A stretch of 64,000 nucleotides of DNA, from assembly GCA_965112635.1 (NCBI GenBank), contig OZ218778.1, positions 128,001 through 192,000 on the forward strand. Direction: 5' to 3'. The position numbers were made by a program, and so were the translations under genes. Source of the DNA: an uncultured bacterium (GTDB taxonomy: Bacteria; Oederibacteriota; Oederibacteriia; Oederibacteriales; Oederibacteriaceae). Under the pieces are notes generated by a model that saw only the letters and a list, made by a program, of their open reading frames with translations, was not told where the DNA came from and searched no databases. Positions within the stretch are counted from its first letter, which is position 1, and the number at the start of each line of letters is the position of its first letter. Of this stretch, positions 50,352 through 59,439 are shown in pieces.

Positions 50352-50505
50352 GATAGCTCCTCCCTGCCTATGAATCTTGCCAGAAACAGGGACAATAATC
50401 AATTGCACCTGAAAAATAGGGCCCTTTCACTATGGTCAAACCCGGACCATACTGCTATGATTTTGTTCTGCAACTCCACATCCCATCCAAGAAGGAGGTT
50501 TTCCT

Positions 50506-52773
50506 ATGAGCCGCTCTACCCTGTCCTGGCTTTTAGCCGCTTTGATCCTGTGTTCCTTGCCCGTGAGCATCCATGCCCAGAAATCGTGGGAGCCTGTGGG
50601 CCCGGGCGGCGGCGGCTCGCTCTACGTGCCCTCTATTTCTCCGGTGGACCCAGACCTCATCATGGAAGGCTGCGACATGAGCGGCGCCTACCGCTCCGAG
50701 AACGGCGGCCTGACCTGGCAGACGGTGGATTTCAACGAACTCACCACCTATATACCCTGGAGCTTGGGCCACGAATGGATGTGTCCGTTCGCCTGGCATC
50801 CCCAGGACGCTAATGTAGTCTTTGTCTACGGGAGCAAGCTCGGCGCTACGAGACTTTATAAGAGCGTGGACAAAGGTAAAACCTGGTCCCCAGCCCTGAC
50901 CGCGGCAACCGACCCCTGGAGAGTGGTCACCCAGCTCGCCATTGACCGGACCAATCCGGATTTCATGCTGGCCGGAACCAACGACGGCGCCTATAGGAGC
51001 ACGGATGGGGGCAAGACCTGGACGGTCTGCAAAGGCGTGGCGGGATATGCGGTCGGCCTCATGATCGACCAGAACAGCCCGGCTGGCAAAAGGACTTGCT
51101 ATGTCGGCACCAACACAGCGGCCTACATCTCCCAGAACCAGGGCGCTGACTTCGAGCCTGTCCGGTCTGAGGGCACACTCACCAACCTCGCCAGCCTGGC
51201 CGGCGGCAGCCTCACCACCACTGGCCGGACGGTCGTATATGCGGCAGCGGGCGGCCTGGTCTACAGGTCCGTGAACGGCGGCTCCTGGTCCGCAGCCGGG
51301 TCTGATGACTGCAAGTCCAACAACTTCCTGGCCGTGGCGGACAATACGCCCGACGTCGCCTATGTCTCTGCCTCGGATACCTATGACGGCATCTATAAAA
51401 CTGTAGACAGCGGCAAGACCTGGAAAAAAGTTTTTAACCCTTCCCTGACCGGCGGAAACGTGGACCTGGGCTGGATCCATTACGACGGCGGGTTCAAGCT
51501 CGTCAATTTGGGCCAAGACGTGTTCCCTGCCCTGGGGCTGGGCGTCAACCCGGCCAATCCTGACATGGTCATGCTGACCAACGGCATGGAATCCATCATT
51601 TCCACCAACGGCGGCGACACCTGGCAGCAGGACTACTCCGTGGCCATAGACCCGGCTCCGCGCCACGCGGGCCAGCGCTGGGCATCCCGCGGCCTGGAGG
51701 TCACCGGCGCCTGGTTTTACCAGATCAATCCCTCCAACCCCCAGCTCCATTACATCGCCTATACGGACATCTGTTATGCTCGGAGCATGGACGCCGGACT
51801 GACCTGGATCCCCCTGCCCAAGCCCTACCCGACCCACATCAACACCTTTTACCAGCTGGCCTTTGACCCTTCCCAGCCCAAGGTAGTTTACGCGGCCATG
51901 TCCGACCAGCACGATATTCCCCACAAGCCCTACGACGCCGCACCGGACAATCCCTGGTCTATTGGTAGCGTTTTCAAGAGCACGGACGAAGGAGCCACCT
52001 GGTTCGATTCCTCCAACGGCCTGCCTCTCAAGCCCAAAAATACAAGAACGTATCCCATCACATCCATCATCTCCGACACCAGCACCAAACCGGCCACCCT
52101 CTATGCCGCCGTGTGGGGAGGCGGGGTTTACAAGTCCGTGGACAGCGCCGCCAACTGGACGCCTCTGGCTCCTATTTCCATTGGCGAGAACAAACACACC
52201 TACTTTTTGAAACTGCATAAGGACGGCACCTTGTTCTGCGTCCTGGGACCCCGTATTCCCGAAGACCATATTGTTTACAAGGACCCGGGAGGATTGTTCC
52301 GTTCCAGGGACAAGGGCAAGACCTGGGAGAATATCACGGAACACGCGGACACGGCTCACGGCAACATCCCCTTTTATTGCCCCATCCAGATGGATGTGGA
52401 CCCTAAAAACAGCAACATCATCTACCTAGCTACCAATAACGGCCAATGGTCCCCCCTACCCGGCCACTTTTTTCCGGACCAGGGAGGTGTGTATAAGACC
52501 ATCGATGGTGGAAAGAACTGGAAGCGCCTGACCTTACCCCCCAACCCTGCCGGCTACGACGGCATCTCTGTGATTATTGATCCCACCAATACCCAGAGAG
52601 TCTATTTCACCACCGAGAACATAGGATTGTATGTCAGCGAGAACGCGGGTAAATCATGGCAGAGGGTGACCGATATTCCTTTTGCCTCTATTCAAAGGGT
52701 CGCTTTCGATACGGCTCATAAAAAGATTTTTGTGGGAACCAACGGCAACGGAGTGTGGCGGAAAGATTACTAG
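50506..52773 (+). CDS. Secreted BNR/Asp-box beta-propeller protein (GH74/sortilin-like)
   Basis: GPGGGG..CDMSGAYRSENGG and many SxDxGxTW repeats. Confidence 0.8.
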   Translation: MSRSTLSWLLAALILCSLPVSIHAQKSWEPVGPGGGGSLYVPSISPVDPDLIMEGCDMSGAYRSENGGLTWQTVDFNELTTYIPWSLGHEWMCPFAWHPQDANVVFVYGSKLGATRLYKSVDKGKTWSPALTAATDPWRVVTQLAIDRTNPDFMLAGTNDGAYRSTDGGKTWTVCKGVAGYAVGLMIDQNSPAGKRTCYVGTNTAAYISQNQGADFEPVRSEGTLTNLASLAGGSLTTTGRTVVYAAAGGLVYRSVNGGSWSAAGSDDCKSNNFLAVADNTPDVAYVSASDTYDGIYKTVDSGKTWKKVFNPSLTGGNVDLGWIHYDGGFKLVNLGQDVFPALGLGVNPANPDMVMLTNGMESIISTNGGDTWQQDYSVAIDPAPRHAGQRWASRGLEVTGAWFYQINPSNPQLHYIAYTDICYARSMDAGLTWIPLPKPYPTHINTFYQLAFDPSQPKVVYAAMSDQHDIPHKPYDAAPDNPWSIGSVFKSTDEGATWFDSSNGLPLKPKNTRTYPITSIISDTSTKPATLYAAVWGGGVYKSVDSAANWTPLAPISIGENKHTYFLKLHKDGTLFCVLGPRIPEDHIVYKDPGGLFRSRDKGKTWENITEHADTAHGNIPFYCPIQMDVDPKNSNIIYLATNNGQWSPLPGHFFPDQGGVYKTIDGGKNWKRLTLPPNPAGYDGISVIIDPTNTQRVYFTTENIGLYVSENAGKSWQRVTDIPFASIQRVAFDTAHKKIFVGTNGNGVWRKDY

Positions 52774-52797
52774 CCCTGGGACTCAGCGGCGAACTGT

Positions 52798-55191
52798 TTA
52801 CCTGCCCATCACGGCGGTCACTTCGACCGTTCTTTTGCCCTTTTGGACGGGTATGATGCAGCCGCTGATGATCTTGCCATGGACCACCAGATACTTGACC
52901 CCGTGGCTGACATGCTGGGGGTTCTTGACGCTTATTTCGTAACGCGTTCCCCGGAAGACCCGCGACAGTTTAAACCCGTCCCAATCGCTCGGAATGGAAG
53001 GGTCGATCCTGAGTCCTTTGTATTCCGGTCTGCATCCCAGGATATACTGCTTGGCGCCGTGTGCCATCCAGGTGGCGGTACCGGTCAGCCAGGCATTGCG
53101 GCCGCGTCCCACGATATGGAACGGCTTTTCGCTGATGAACTGGCAGGCCACGTAGGGCTCGGACTCGTGCACTTCGGCCTTGCGGTTCTTGGTGGCGCCG
53201 CACATCCTCTTGAAATACTCCATGGCCTTGTCCCCGCGGCCTATAAAGCCCTCCGCGTTGATCACCCAGCTGGAAGCGTGGTTAAAGACCGCCCCGTTCT
53301 CTTTGATGCCGCCGGGGTCAGTGGTCGTCCCGCCTATCTCCGGGTCAAAGGATTTGAAGGGTCTATCCATTATTTTATGCCCGTCCGGAGTCCCTAAATA
53401 TTTTTCCACGGCATTGAGGACCACTTCCGCCCGTTCTCCCTCAGCGACCCCTCCTAATACGGCCCAGGGCTGGGGTTCCAGGAAAATACGCCCGTCCTTA
53501 CTCTTGCGGCTCCCCAGGATCATCCCGTTGGTATAGATCATCCGCTGGTACCACTGGCCGTCCCAGGCCGCCTTGTTCATGAGCTTTTTCTGGATGTCAT
53601 AACGTTTCTGGTATTTTTCCGCCAGGTTCTTCTTGCCCAGCGCCTCCAAAAGCTCCACCAGCAATTTGGTGGAAAAGCAATAAAGAGCCGAGTTAAAAGG
53701 GCTTTCCGTGGTCAGGTCCGGCGGGTTGAGGCCGTCGTTCCAGTCCGCGTGCCCCACCTGCATCAGGCCGTGCTTGCCCCGGAGCGTCCAGGCGTATTCC
53801 TGGCATTTGAGCAGATGCTCCAGCACCGTGCCTTTTTTTCCGCTCGTGACATAGTCCACTTTTTGCTGGAGGAATTTAAGGTCGCCGGTTTCTTTGACGT
53901 ACTGGCAGATGGGAATGGCCAGCCAGTGATGGTCGTCATAAAACCCCGCCCCGTCATACTGCTTGCGCAGGGGAAAGGAATTGTGCGCGGCCGAGCCGTC
54001 CGGATAAATGGCCGAGCACAGCCTCAGCAGCATGGTCCTGGACCTGTCCGGCAGGGCGTGCATCATGCCCAGCTGGTCCTGGCAGCTGTCGCGGAACCCC
54101 ATGCCCCGGCCCATGCCCCATTCATAGCTGGAGATACTGCGGGACAGCCACATCGTCATGGCCGCCTGGTACTGGACGAACCCGTTGACCAAGGCGTCGA
54201 ACTCCGCATCCGGGGTGCTGACCTTAAAAAGGTCCATTTTCTCTGACCAGAACCGTTTGACTTCCTGGAGGGCCAGGTCCACCTGGCGGGTGCTCTTGTA
54301 TTTTTGGCTCATTCTGAATACATCCGCTTCGTTCTTGGCCATGCCGGTCTGGTAAACAATGCGCTTGGTTTGCCCGGGTTTGAGCTCGAACCTGTGCTCC
54401 AGGCACCCGATGGGGTATCCGCCGTCCTTGCAGTAATTGGTGGACTCCCCTTTTTCCAGGACTATGGGGTTTTTCTCGTCATGGTAATTGCCCAGGAACC
54501 TGTCCCGGTCGCCGTTATGGCCGAAGGGTGTCTGGTTGGAGGTATGGAAGCCGAAATTCTGCACAAAGATGCAGTTATCCAGGCCCGTGCCGATGTCGTT
54601 GAAGGAAGAATGGATGATGGCGCCCTTGCTGTATTTCTGCTTGGACTCATTGGGGCAGTTGTCGATATTCATGAGGTCGCGCATGGCTCCCCAAAAAGCG
54701 AATTCCGCGTAGCTGAAGGTGGACAGCTTTCGTTTGCGTGAGGAGAGGTTAGTAACGGTCAGGTCCCATATTTCCAGAGGCTTATCCTGGGGCACGAAAT
54801 AGGTGATCTCGGTCCTGATGCCCTCGTACTCGAAGGTGATGACCTGGTAACTGAACCCGACCCGGCATTGGTAAAAGCATTTTTCCACCGGAGGAAGCAC
54901 CGGCGCCCAGCAGCCTGACCAGTATTTGCCTGACTGGCGGTCTTTGATGTAGATATAGCGGCCCGGACGGTCATAGGGGATGTTCTGGTAGCGGTAGCGC
55001 AGCAGGCGGTAAATGCCGGGGTCTTTGTCATAGCTCACCCCGCCGCCGGTGTTGGATATCATGGCCACGTAGGTCTCGTTCATCAGGTAGTTGTACCAGG
55101 GCCGGGGCGTGTCCGGCCGGATGATGACATATTCCCTTTTCTCAGCGTCAAAATATCCGTACTTGCCCGGAGCTATCTTTTGCTCTTTCAT
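52798..55191 (-). CDS. GH94 glycoside phosphorylase (cellobiose/chitobiose phosphorylase-like)
   Basis: YGYFD..REYVI..PDTPRPWYN, GMGFRDSCQD, ADWND, KENGAVFNH and WLTGTA motifs. Confidence 0.92.
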   Translation of the reverse strand: MKEQKIAPGKYGYFDAEKREYVIIRPDTPRPWYNYLMNETYVAMISNTGGGVSYDKDPGIYRLLRYRYQNIPYDRPGRYIYIKDRQSGKYWSGCWAPVLPPVEKCFYQCRVGFSYQVITFEYEGIRTEITYFVPQDKPLEIWDLTVTNLSSRKRKLSTFSYAEFAFWGAMRDLMNIDNCPNESKQKYSKGAIIHSSFNDIGTGLDNCIFVQNFGFHTSNQTPFGHNGDRDRFLGNYHDEKNPIVLEKGESTNYCKDGGYPIGCLEHRFELKPGQTKRIVYQTGMAKNEADVFRMSQKYKSTRQVDLALQEVKRFWSEKMDLFKVSTPDAEFDALVNGFVQYQAAMTMWLSRSISSYEWGMGRGMGFRDSCQDQLGMMHALPDRSRTMLLRLCSAIYPDGSAAHNSFPLRKQYDGAGFYDDHHWLAIPICQYVKETGDLKFLQQKVDYVTSGKKGTVLEHLLKCQEYAWTLRGKHGLMQVGHADWNDGLNPPDLTTESPFNSALYCFSTKLLVELLEALGKKNLAEKYQKRYDIQKKLMNKAAWDGQWYQRMIYTNGMILGSRKSKDGRIFLEPQPWAVLGGVAEGERAEVVLNAVEKYLGTPDGHKIMDRPFKSFDPEIGGTTTDPGGIKENGAVFNHASSWVINAEGFIGRGDKAMEYFKRMCGATKNRKAEVHESEPYVACQFISEKPFHIVGRGRNAWLTGTATWMAHGAKQYILGCRPEYKGLRIDPSIPSDWDGFKLSRVFRGTRYEISVKNPQHVSHGVKYLVVHGKIISGCIIPVQKGKRTVEVTAVMGR

Positions 55192-55331
55192 TCCTCGACC
55201 TCTCCTCGGCCTTTTAAGGCACAAATTTTTTAAACGAAAAGATTATATCATAGCCCTGCCGCCTCAGCCTTTAACCATAGAAATCCAAAAAGTTTTCTGC
55301 TCTAATATTGGAAAATCAAAAAGGAGGATTT

Positions 55332-55583
55332 ATGAAAAAAGCGCTGCTTTCCGTTGCTATCATTCTTTGCCTGGCCATCCCGGCCAGCCTTCTGGCTGAC
55401 ACCAGCATCAATAACAGCTCGGTCGAATTTAATGTTAAGGGAAGTTTCAAAGAGCCCGGCGCCAAGAACTCGTCAAAAAGGAGTTCATCTAAAAAGAAAA
55501 AATCCAGCTCCCAATCTAAATCAAAGAAAACCAAAAAAACAAAGAAAACAAAGAAAAAAAGCGCCTCAGGAGAAGGACAATGA
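55332..55583 (+). CDS. Small exported protein with Lys/Ser-rich basic tail
   Basis: AGGAGG RBS, signal peptide MKKALLSVAIILCLAIPASLLA, poly-K/S C-terminus; stop overlaps next start. Confidence 0.7.
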   Translation: MKKALLSVAIILCLAIPASLLADTSINNSSVEFNVKGSFKEPGAKNSSKRSSSKKKKSSSQSKSKKTKKTKKTKKKSASGEGQ

Positions 55584-56335
55584 TAAAAGAAGCTAAAAAC
55601 TGGTGGGAACTGCATGGCCAATCGTTCCAGAAAGATAACTCTATTCCCATTGATATCCTCTACGGCATAGGCAGTCCCAATGAACAGGAACTGGGGCTTA
55701 TTGGTCCAGTGGCGGGGAAAAAAGTCCTGGAGATAGGTTGCGGGGGGGCGCAATGCTCCATTGCCTTTGCCAAGATGGGCGCCACGGTCACCGGGATTGA
55801 TGTGGCTGCGTCCCAAATAGAGTTTGCCCGGGAACTGGCCAGGAAAAACAACGTCTCCATCGACTTGTTGCAAAGAGACATGTCTGACCTGTCAGCCATA
55901 GCCTCGGACAGCCAGGACGTGGTTTTTTCATCCTCAGCCTTTGGATATGTGGACGACCTATCGGTTTGCTTTAAAGAAGTTTTCCGGGTTTTGAAGCCGG
56001 ACGGGCTGTTTGTTTGGGGCGTCGGTCACCCCTTTATGGGCATCCTCGACACGGATACGATGAAGGTGAAACGCTCCTACTTTGAAACAGGAGTGCGCAT
56101 CGAAGGCGCGGAAACCGGTTGCGCGTTCGCTTGTGTTGACCGGACCATAAGCGAGTTCCTCAATACGCTTGTGGATGCCGGCTTCCACATTGAACGGATG
56201 GTGGAGCCTGACTCGCGGAAACGGTATGCCTGCGACCCCTGGTTCGGACGGTGGGGGTTGACGGCTGATGTTCTGGCCAAGGTTCCCGCAACCTTAATTT
56301 TCAAAGCCAAAAAACCAATAAGAAGAAAAGGCTAA
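55580..56335 (+). CDS. Class I SAM-dependent methyltransferase
   Basis: VLEIGCGGAQCS and EVFRVLKPDG..HP motifs. Confidence 0.88.
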   Translation: MIKEAKNWWELHGQSFQKDNSIPIDILYGIGSPNEQELGLIGPVAGKKVLEIGCGGAQCSIAFAKMGATVTGIDVAASQIEFARELARKNNVSIDLLQRDMSDLSAIASDSQDVVFSSSAFGYVDDLSVCFKEVFRVLKPDGLFVWGVGHPFMGILDTDTMKVKRSYFETGVRIEGAETGCAFACVDRTISEFLNTLVDAGFHIERMVEPDSRKRYACDPWFGRWGLTADVLAKVPATLIFKAKKPIRRKG

Positions 56336-56347
56336 GAACCGCCCACT

Positions 56348-57148
56348 ATGGCTAGAAACAAAAAACAAACACCCCTTTTGGAATTCAAAAATATTACGGT
56401 TTACCGGGGAGAGACTAAAGCCCTGGATAACATCGATCTAACTATTCCCAAAGGCCAGGATGTTGCCATTTTGGGCCCCAACGGGTCCGGCAAATCCACG
56501 CTCATCAAGACCATCACCCATGAATGTTATGCCTGGCAGGGCAACCCCAAATCCTCCATCAAAATATTCGGGGAAGTATTATGGAACATCTTTGATCTAC
56601 AGGACAAGCTGGGTATTGTCACCAATGACCTGATGCAGACCTGCTCCCGCGACATCACCGCCATGGAGCTCATCCTTTCCGGTTTTTTCAGCAGTATCGG
56701 CCTGTGGCAGGGCCAGCAGGTCACCAAAGCCATGGAGAAAAAGGCCCGGCAAGCCCTGACGCAAATGGAAGCATTGCCTTTGGCCCAGCGCCTGGTCTCG
56801 CACCTGTCCGACGGCCAGGCCCGCCGCATCCTCATCAGCCGCGCCCTGGTCCATGACCCCCAGGCCCTGCTTTTGGACGAACCCTTCAACAGCCTCGACC
56901 CCAAAGCCAGCTATGACCTTAAAAATATCCTCGGTAAACTGGCCCGTTCCGGCAGGAACATCATCCTGGCCACGCACCAGTTTTCGGATATCATCCCTGA
57001 GATCACGCGGGTAATATTTATGAAAGAAGGAAGGATATACCTGGACGGTTCCAGGGAAAAGGTTTTGACCAGCAAGAACCTCACCGCTCTTTTCGACTTT
57101 CCGGTAGGGAAACAATCTACCTATAAACTTCCCGACGGTGCCCTATAG
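56348..57148 (+). CDS. ABC transporter ATP-binding protein (ModF-like)
   Basis: GPNGSGKST, LSDGQARR, LLLDEP and H-loop. Confidence 0.88.
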   Translation: MARNKKQTPLLEFKNITVYRGETKALDNIDLTIPKGQDVAILGPNGSGKSTLIKTITHECYAWQGNPKSSIKIFGEVLWNIFDLQDKLGIVTNDLMQTCSRDITAMELILSGFFSSIGLWQGQQVTKAMEKKARQALTQMEALPLAQRLVSHLSDGQARRILISRALVHDPQALLLDEPFNSLDPKASYDLKNILGKLARSGRNIILATHQFSDIIPEITRVIFMKEGRIYLDGSREKVLTSKNLTALFDFPVGKQSTYKLPDGAL

Positions 57149-57371
57149 ACAAAATAGTTATGATCCTATTTCTTGGCTCGATCGAATAAATGACACGGTA
57201 GTCACCTACACGAAACCGAAAATAATCCGAATCCCTTAACTTTATCGAACCATGAATATGGGGGTCATTCGCAAGAGAAAGTAATTTGGGCCGTATTCTG
57301 GAATAAATTTCTGCAGGAAGGCTGGACAGTTCTTTTTCGGCTGATTTGGATATCTGAATATCAAAGGCCAA
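57117..57371 (-). CDS. relE: Type II toxin, RelE/ParE family
   Basis: AEKEL..L, KL, FRFRVGDYRVIY and IGHRREVYR. Confidence 0.93.
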   Translation of the reverse strand: MAFDIQISKSAEKELSSLPAEIYSRIRPKLLSLANDPHIHGSIKLRDSDYFRFRVGDYRVIYSIEPRNRIITILSIGHRREVYR

Positions 57372-57377
57372 ACAAGG

Positions 57378-57584
57378 CTACTTTCTGTTGTCTAAAACGG
57401 CCAAGACCTGTTTTAAAGACCGGCTGGGTTCGCGGTGGCGCGCTTCGGCTATGGCCAAGTCTATCAAGTCTTCGCGTATGACCTTGTCCTTGACCAGTTC
57501 CACAATCACCTGGTTCTTCCCTTTTTTCGGAAGCGCTTCAAATGCTGTCATAAAAACCTCAGCAGTCGCTTGTAACTTAGTCAT
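57378..57584 (-). CDS. Probable antitoxin of the RelE toxin
   Basis: Small ORF directly upstream of relE with EDLIDLAIA..R..EP acidic motif; AGGAGG RBS. Confidence 0.75.
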   Translation of the reverse strand: MTKLQATAEVFMTAFEALPKKGKNQVIVELVKDKVIREDLIDLAIAEARHREPSRSLKQVLAVLDNRK

Positions 57585-57674
57585 CTCTGTTCCTCCTGCC
57601 AAGTATTATAAGTGAATCCAATTGCGAAATCAAACCTACCTAGAAAAAGTGATATCATCGAAAGAGGAGGATCC

Positions 57675-58142
57675 ATGCAGGCCCCTATGAGACGGCAGGA
57701 CAGGAAGTTAACCGACCAACAAGCCTTAGCAATACTGGAAAAAGGCGAATACGGTGTTCTATCTATGTGCACACCGGACAATCAGGGTTACGGCGTGCCT
57801 GTAAGTTATGTCCTCTGGAATAATGCCCTTTATTTTCATGGAGCAGGACAAGGGACCAAATTAAGCAACCTCAAAAACAATAACAAGGTCTCTTTTTGCG
57901 TGGTGGGCCACACCCAAGTCCTTCCTGCTAAATTTAGCATGCAATACGAAAGCGCTATTGTTTCCGGGACCACCAGTGAAGTGGAGGGTGATGAAAAAAG
58001 ACAGGCGTTGGTGAAGTTCATAGAAAAGTATTCAGGCGAGTTCCTTCAGCAAGGCATCCAATATATTGATAAACAGTTTGATAACACCCTTGTGCTAAAA
58101 CTAACTATTACCACCCTCACCGGAAAAGCCAAAAAACCCTAG
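57675..58142 (+). CDS. Pyridoxamine 5'-phosphate oxidase-like flavoprotein (NimA family)
   Basis: MRRQDR, GEYGVLS, YGVPVSY, LYFHGA..G.K, VSFCVV and YESAIV.G. Confidence 0.9.
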   Translation: MQAPMRRQDRKLTDQQALAILEKGEYGVLSMCTPDNQGYGVPVSYVLWNNALYFHGAGQGTKLSNLKNNNKVSFCVVGHTQVLPAKFSMQYESAIVSGTTSEVEGDEKRQALVKFIEKYSGEFLQQGIQYIDKQFDNTLVLKLTITTLTGKAKKP

Positions 58143-58147
58143 CTCAA

Positions 58148-58193
58148 CTAAACCATCATTTTTTGCATGTCACAAGTAAAGACGCGACCCCGG
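58148..58193. repeat. Cassette-boundary repeat, copy A
   Basis: ACTAAACCATCATTTTTTGCATGTCACAAGTAAAGACGCGACCCCGG; near-identical to 62124-62170 and 62182-62223. Confidence 0.85.
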
Positions 58194-58224
58194 CTCACGC
58201 CTCTTTTCGCAATGCCCCCGAATT

Positions 58225-58539
58225 CTACAAATTTTCGTTCCGAAGACGTTTCGCTCTTTGATTCCATGCTGTTGCTAATATGTATTTCCAAGTAAAGTAG
58301 ACAATCAACCACATTAAAGCTATGGCAATCCAAAAACAAAACCAACATATTTTTTTTTCTGTGGCAACGATTAGTATGGCAAACAACACACTACCAAAAA
58401 ACCCACAATAGATCGTTAATTTGAGAATCAATACAGTATCGAAATCATTTGTTTTGGAAGGACGCCAACTCAATATTGGCCACCAGCCCCAATCCATGTC
58501 GGAAAACCAATTAGCGATTTTTTCTAGTTTATCATTCAT
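58225..58539 (-). CDS. AT-rich hypothetical membrane protein (cassette)
   Basis: GGAG RBS, two hydrophobic segments, low GC. Confidence 0.65.
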   Translation of the reverse strand: MNDKLEKIANWFSDMDWGWWPILSWRPSKTNDFDTVLILKLTIYCGFFGSVLFAILIVATEKKICWFCFWIAIALMWLIVYFTWKYILATAWNQRAKRLRNENL

Positions 58540-58618
58540 CTTTATCTCCCCGGAATAATCGAATTACGAACCATTTAATTTACTTTCAACAAACAAAGTG
58601 AACCAAATATTCAGCATG

Positions 58619-59278
58619 CTATTCTTTATTTTCCCATTCAATTGGCCTAGGGGAGTCAAAGCGATTATAGACTTCACCGTTCGAGGATTTAATATCTCCA
58701 AATATTAATAAGGACAATGTTCTTTTGTATTTTTCGTTTTCATTCAATCTGTCATAATTTTTTTGTACCTTTTTCATTTCACTACCATTATTTTCTAACC
58801 TTTTAATAAATTTACAAATAGCCTCTTTTAAATCATCTACTAATTGACAGATATTTATGACAATAATTATTTTTTCCCTATTCCCATCTACTTGGTAACA
58901 TTTTAAATGTTCCTGTCTATGGCACTGTTTTGAAGAATTATTTGAAAGCCATAATAATTGAATTTGATTTGCAACCATAAATGTTTTGGGTTTATATTGG
59001 TGAATAGTGCCATGACGCCACATATTGATTAAAATATGAACAATTGGTTTATATTTTTCATCAAAATAGGTCTTAATAAAATCCATCTCTCTTTTGGTTG
59101 ATTTAGCATTACGGCCAGAAAGCAAAGCACCTAAATAATCAATGTAACAAAAGACTTGCCGAGGAATACTAAAATATCCACCCCCAGCATATCCATGAAA
59201 CTGAGTTACTGCTGCTATATCATCATTTATAGAATCCAACATATCGTTTTTTAGAAACTCAATAACATTTTTAGTCAT
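58619..59278 (-). CDS. AT-rich hypothetical protein with HEPN-like R-x4-H motif (cassette)
   Basis: CYIDYLG...FIKTYF...WRHGTIH; strongly AT-rich relative to the window. Confidence 0.65.
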   Translation of the reverse strand: MTKNVIEFLKNDMLDSINDDIAAVTQFHGYAGGGYFSIPRQVFCYIDYLGALLSGRNAKSTKREMDFIKTYFDEKYKPIVHILINMWRHGTIHQYKPKTFMVANQIQLLWLSNNSSKQCHRQEHLKCYQVDGNREKIIIVINICQLVDDLKEAICKFIKRLENNGSEMKKVQKNYDRLNENEKYKRTLSLLIFGDIKSSNGEVYNRFDSPRPIEWENKE

Positions 59279-59298
59279 TTAATAATGTTCTCCGAATT

Positions 59299-59316
59299 GG
59301 ACTCGAACCTGCGACC
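59299..59316 (-). other. tRNA T-arm-like fragment
   Basis: GGTCGCAGGTTCGAGTCC on the minus strand; no remaining cloverleaf. Confidence 0.45.
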
Positions 59317-59365
59317 ACATTTTTAACCGGCCTTCACAACTATTATCTCTGCCGTAATTGATACT

Positions 59366-59395
59366 AAAAAGGTTCCAGGTCTTGTTTTTTGCTTT
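59366..59395. repeat. Degenerate inverted partner of the cassette repeat (block A)
   Basis: AAAAAGGTTCCAGGTCTTGTTTTTTGCTTT; similar to 62812-62841 and inverted relative to CAAGACGCGACCCC. Confidence 0.55.
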
Positions 59396-59439
59396 CCACT
59401 GCGTCCGATCCAATGGTTATTTACTCCCCAAGTTTACCC

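Noticed and set aside
50533-52359. Long antisense ORFs (608 aa here; also 18033-19058, 20977-21933, 33101-34243, 47485-48597)
   Set aside because: They are shadow frames opposite well-supported genes in GC-rich DNA, with no motifs or RBS.
59299-59316. A second complete tRNA gene
   Set aside because: Only the T-arm-like segment is present; there is no acceptor, D or anticodon arm.
58194-59365. Integron attC sites between the AT-rich genes
   Set aside because: No RYYYAAC...GTTRRRY boxes with paired arms were found by eye, and no intI gene is in the window.
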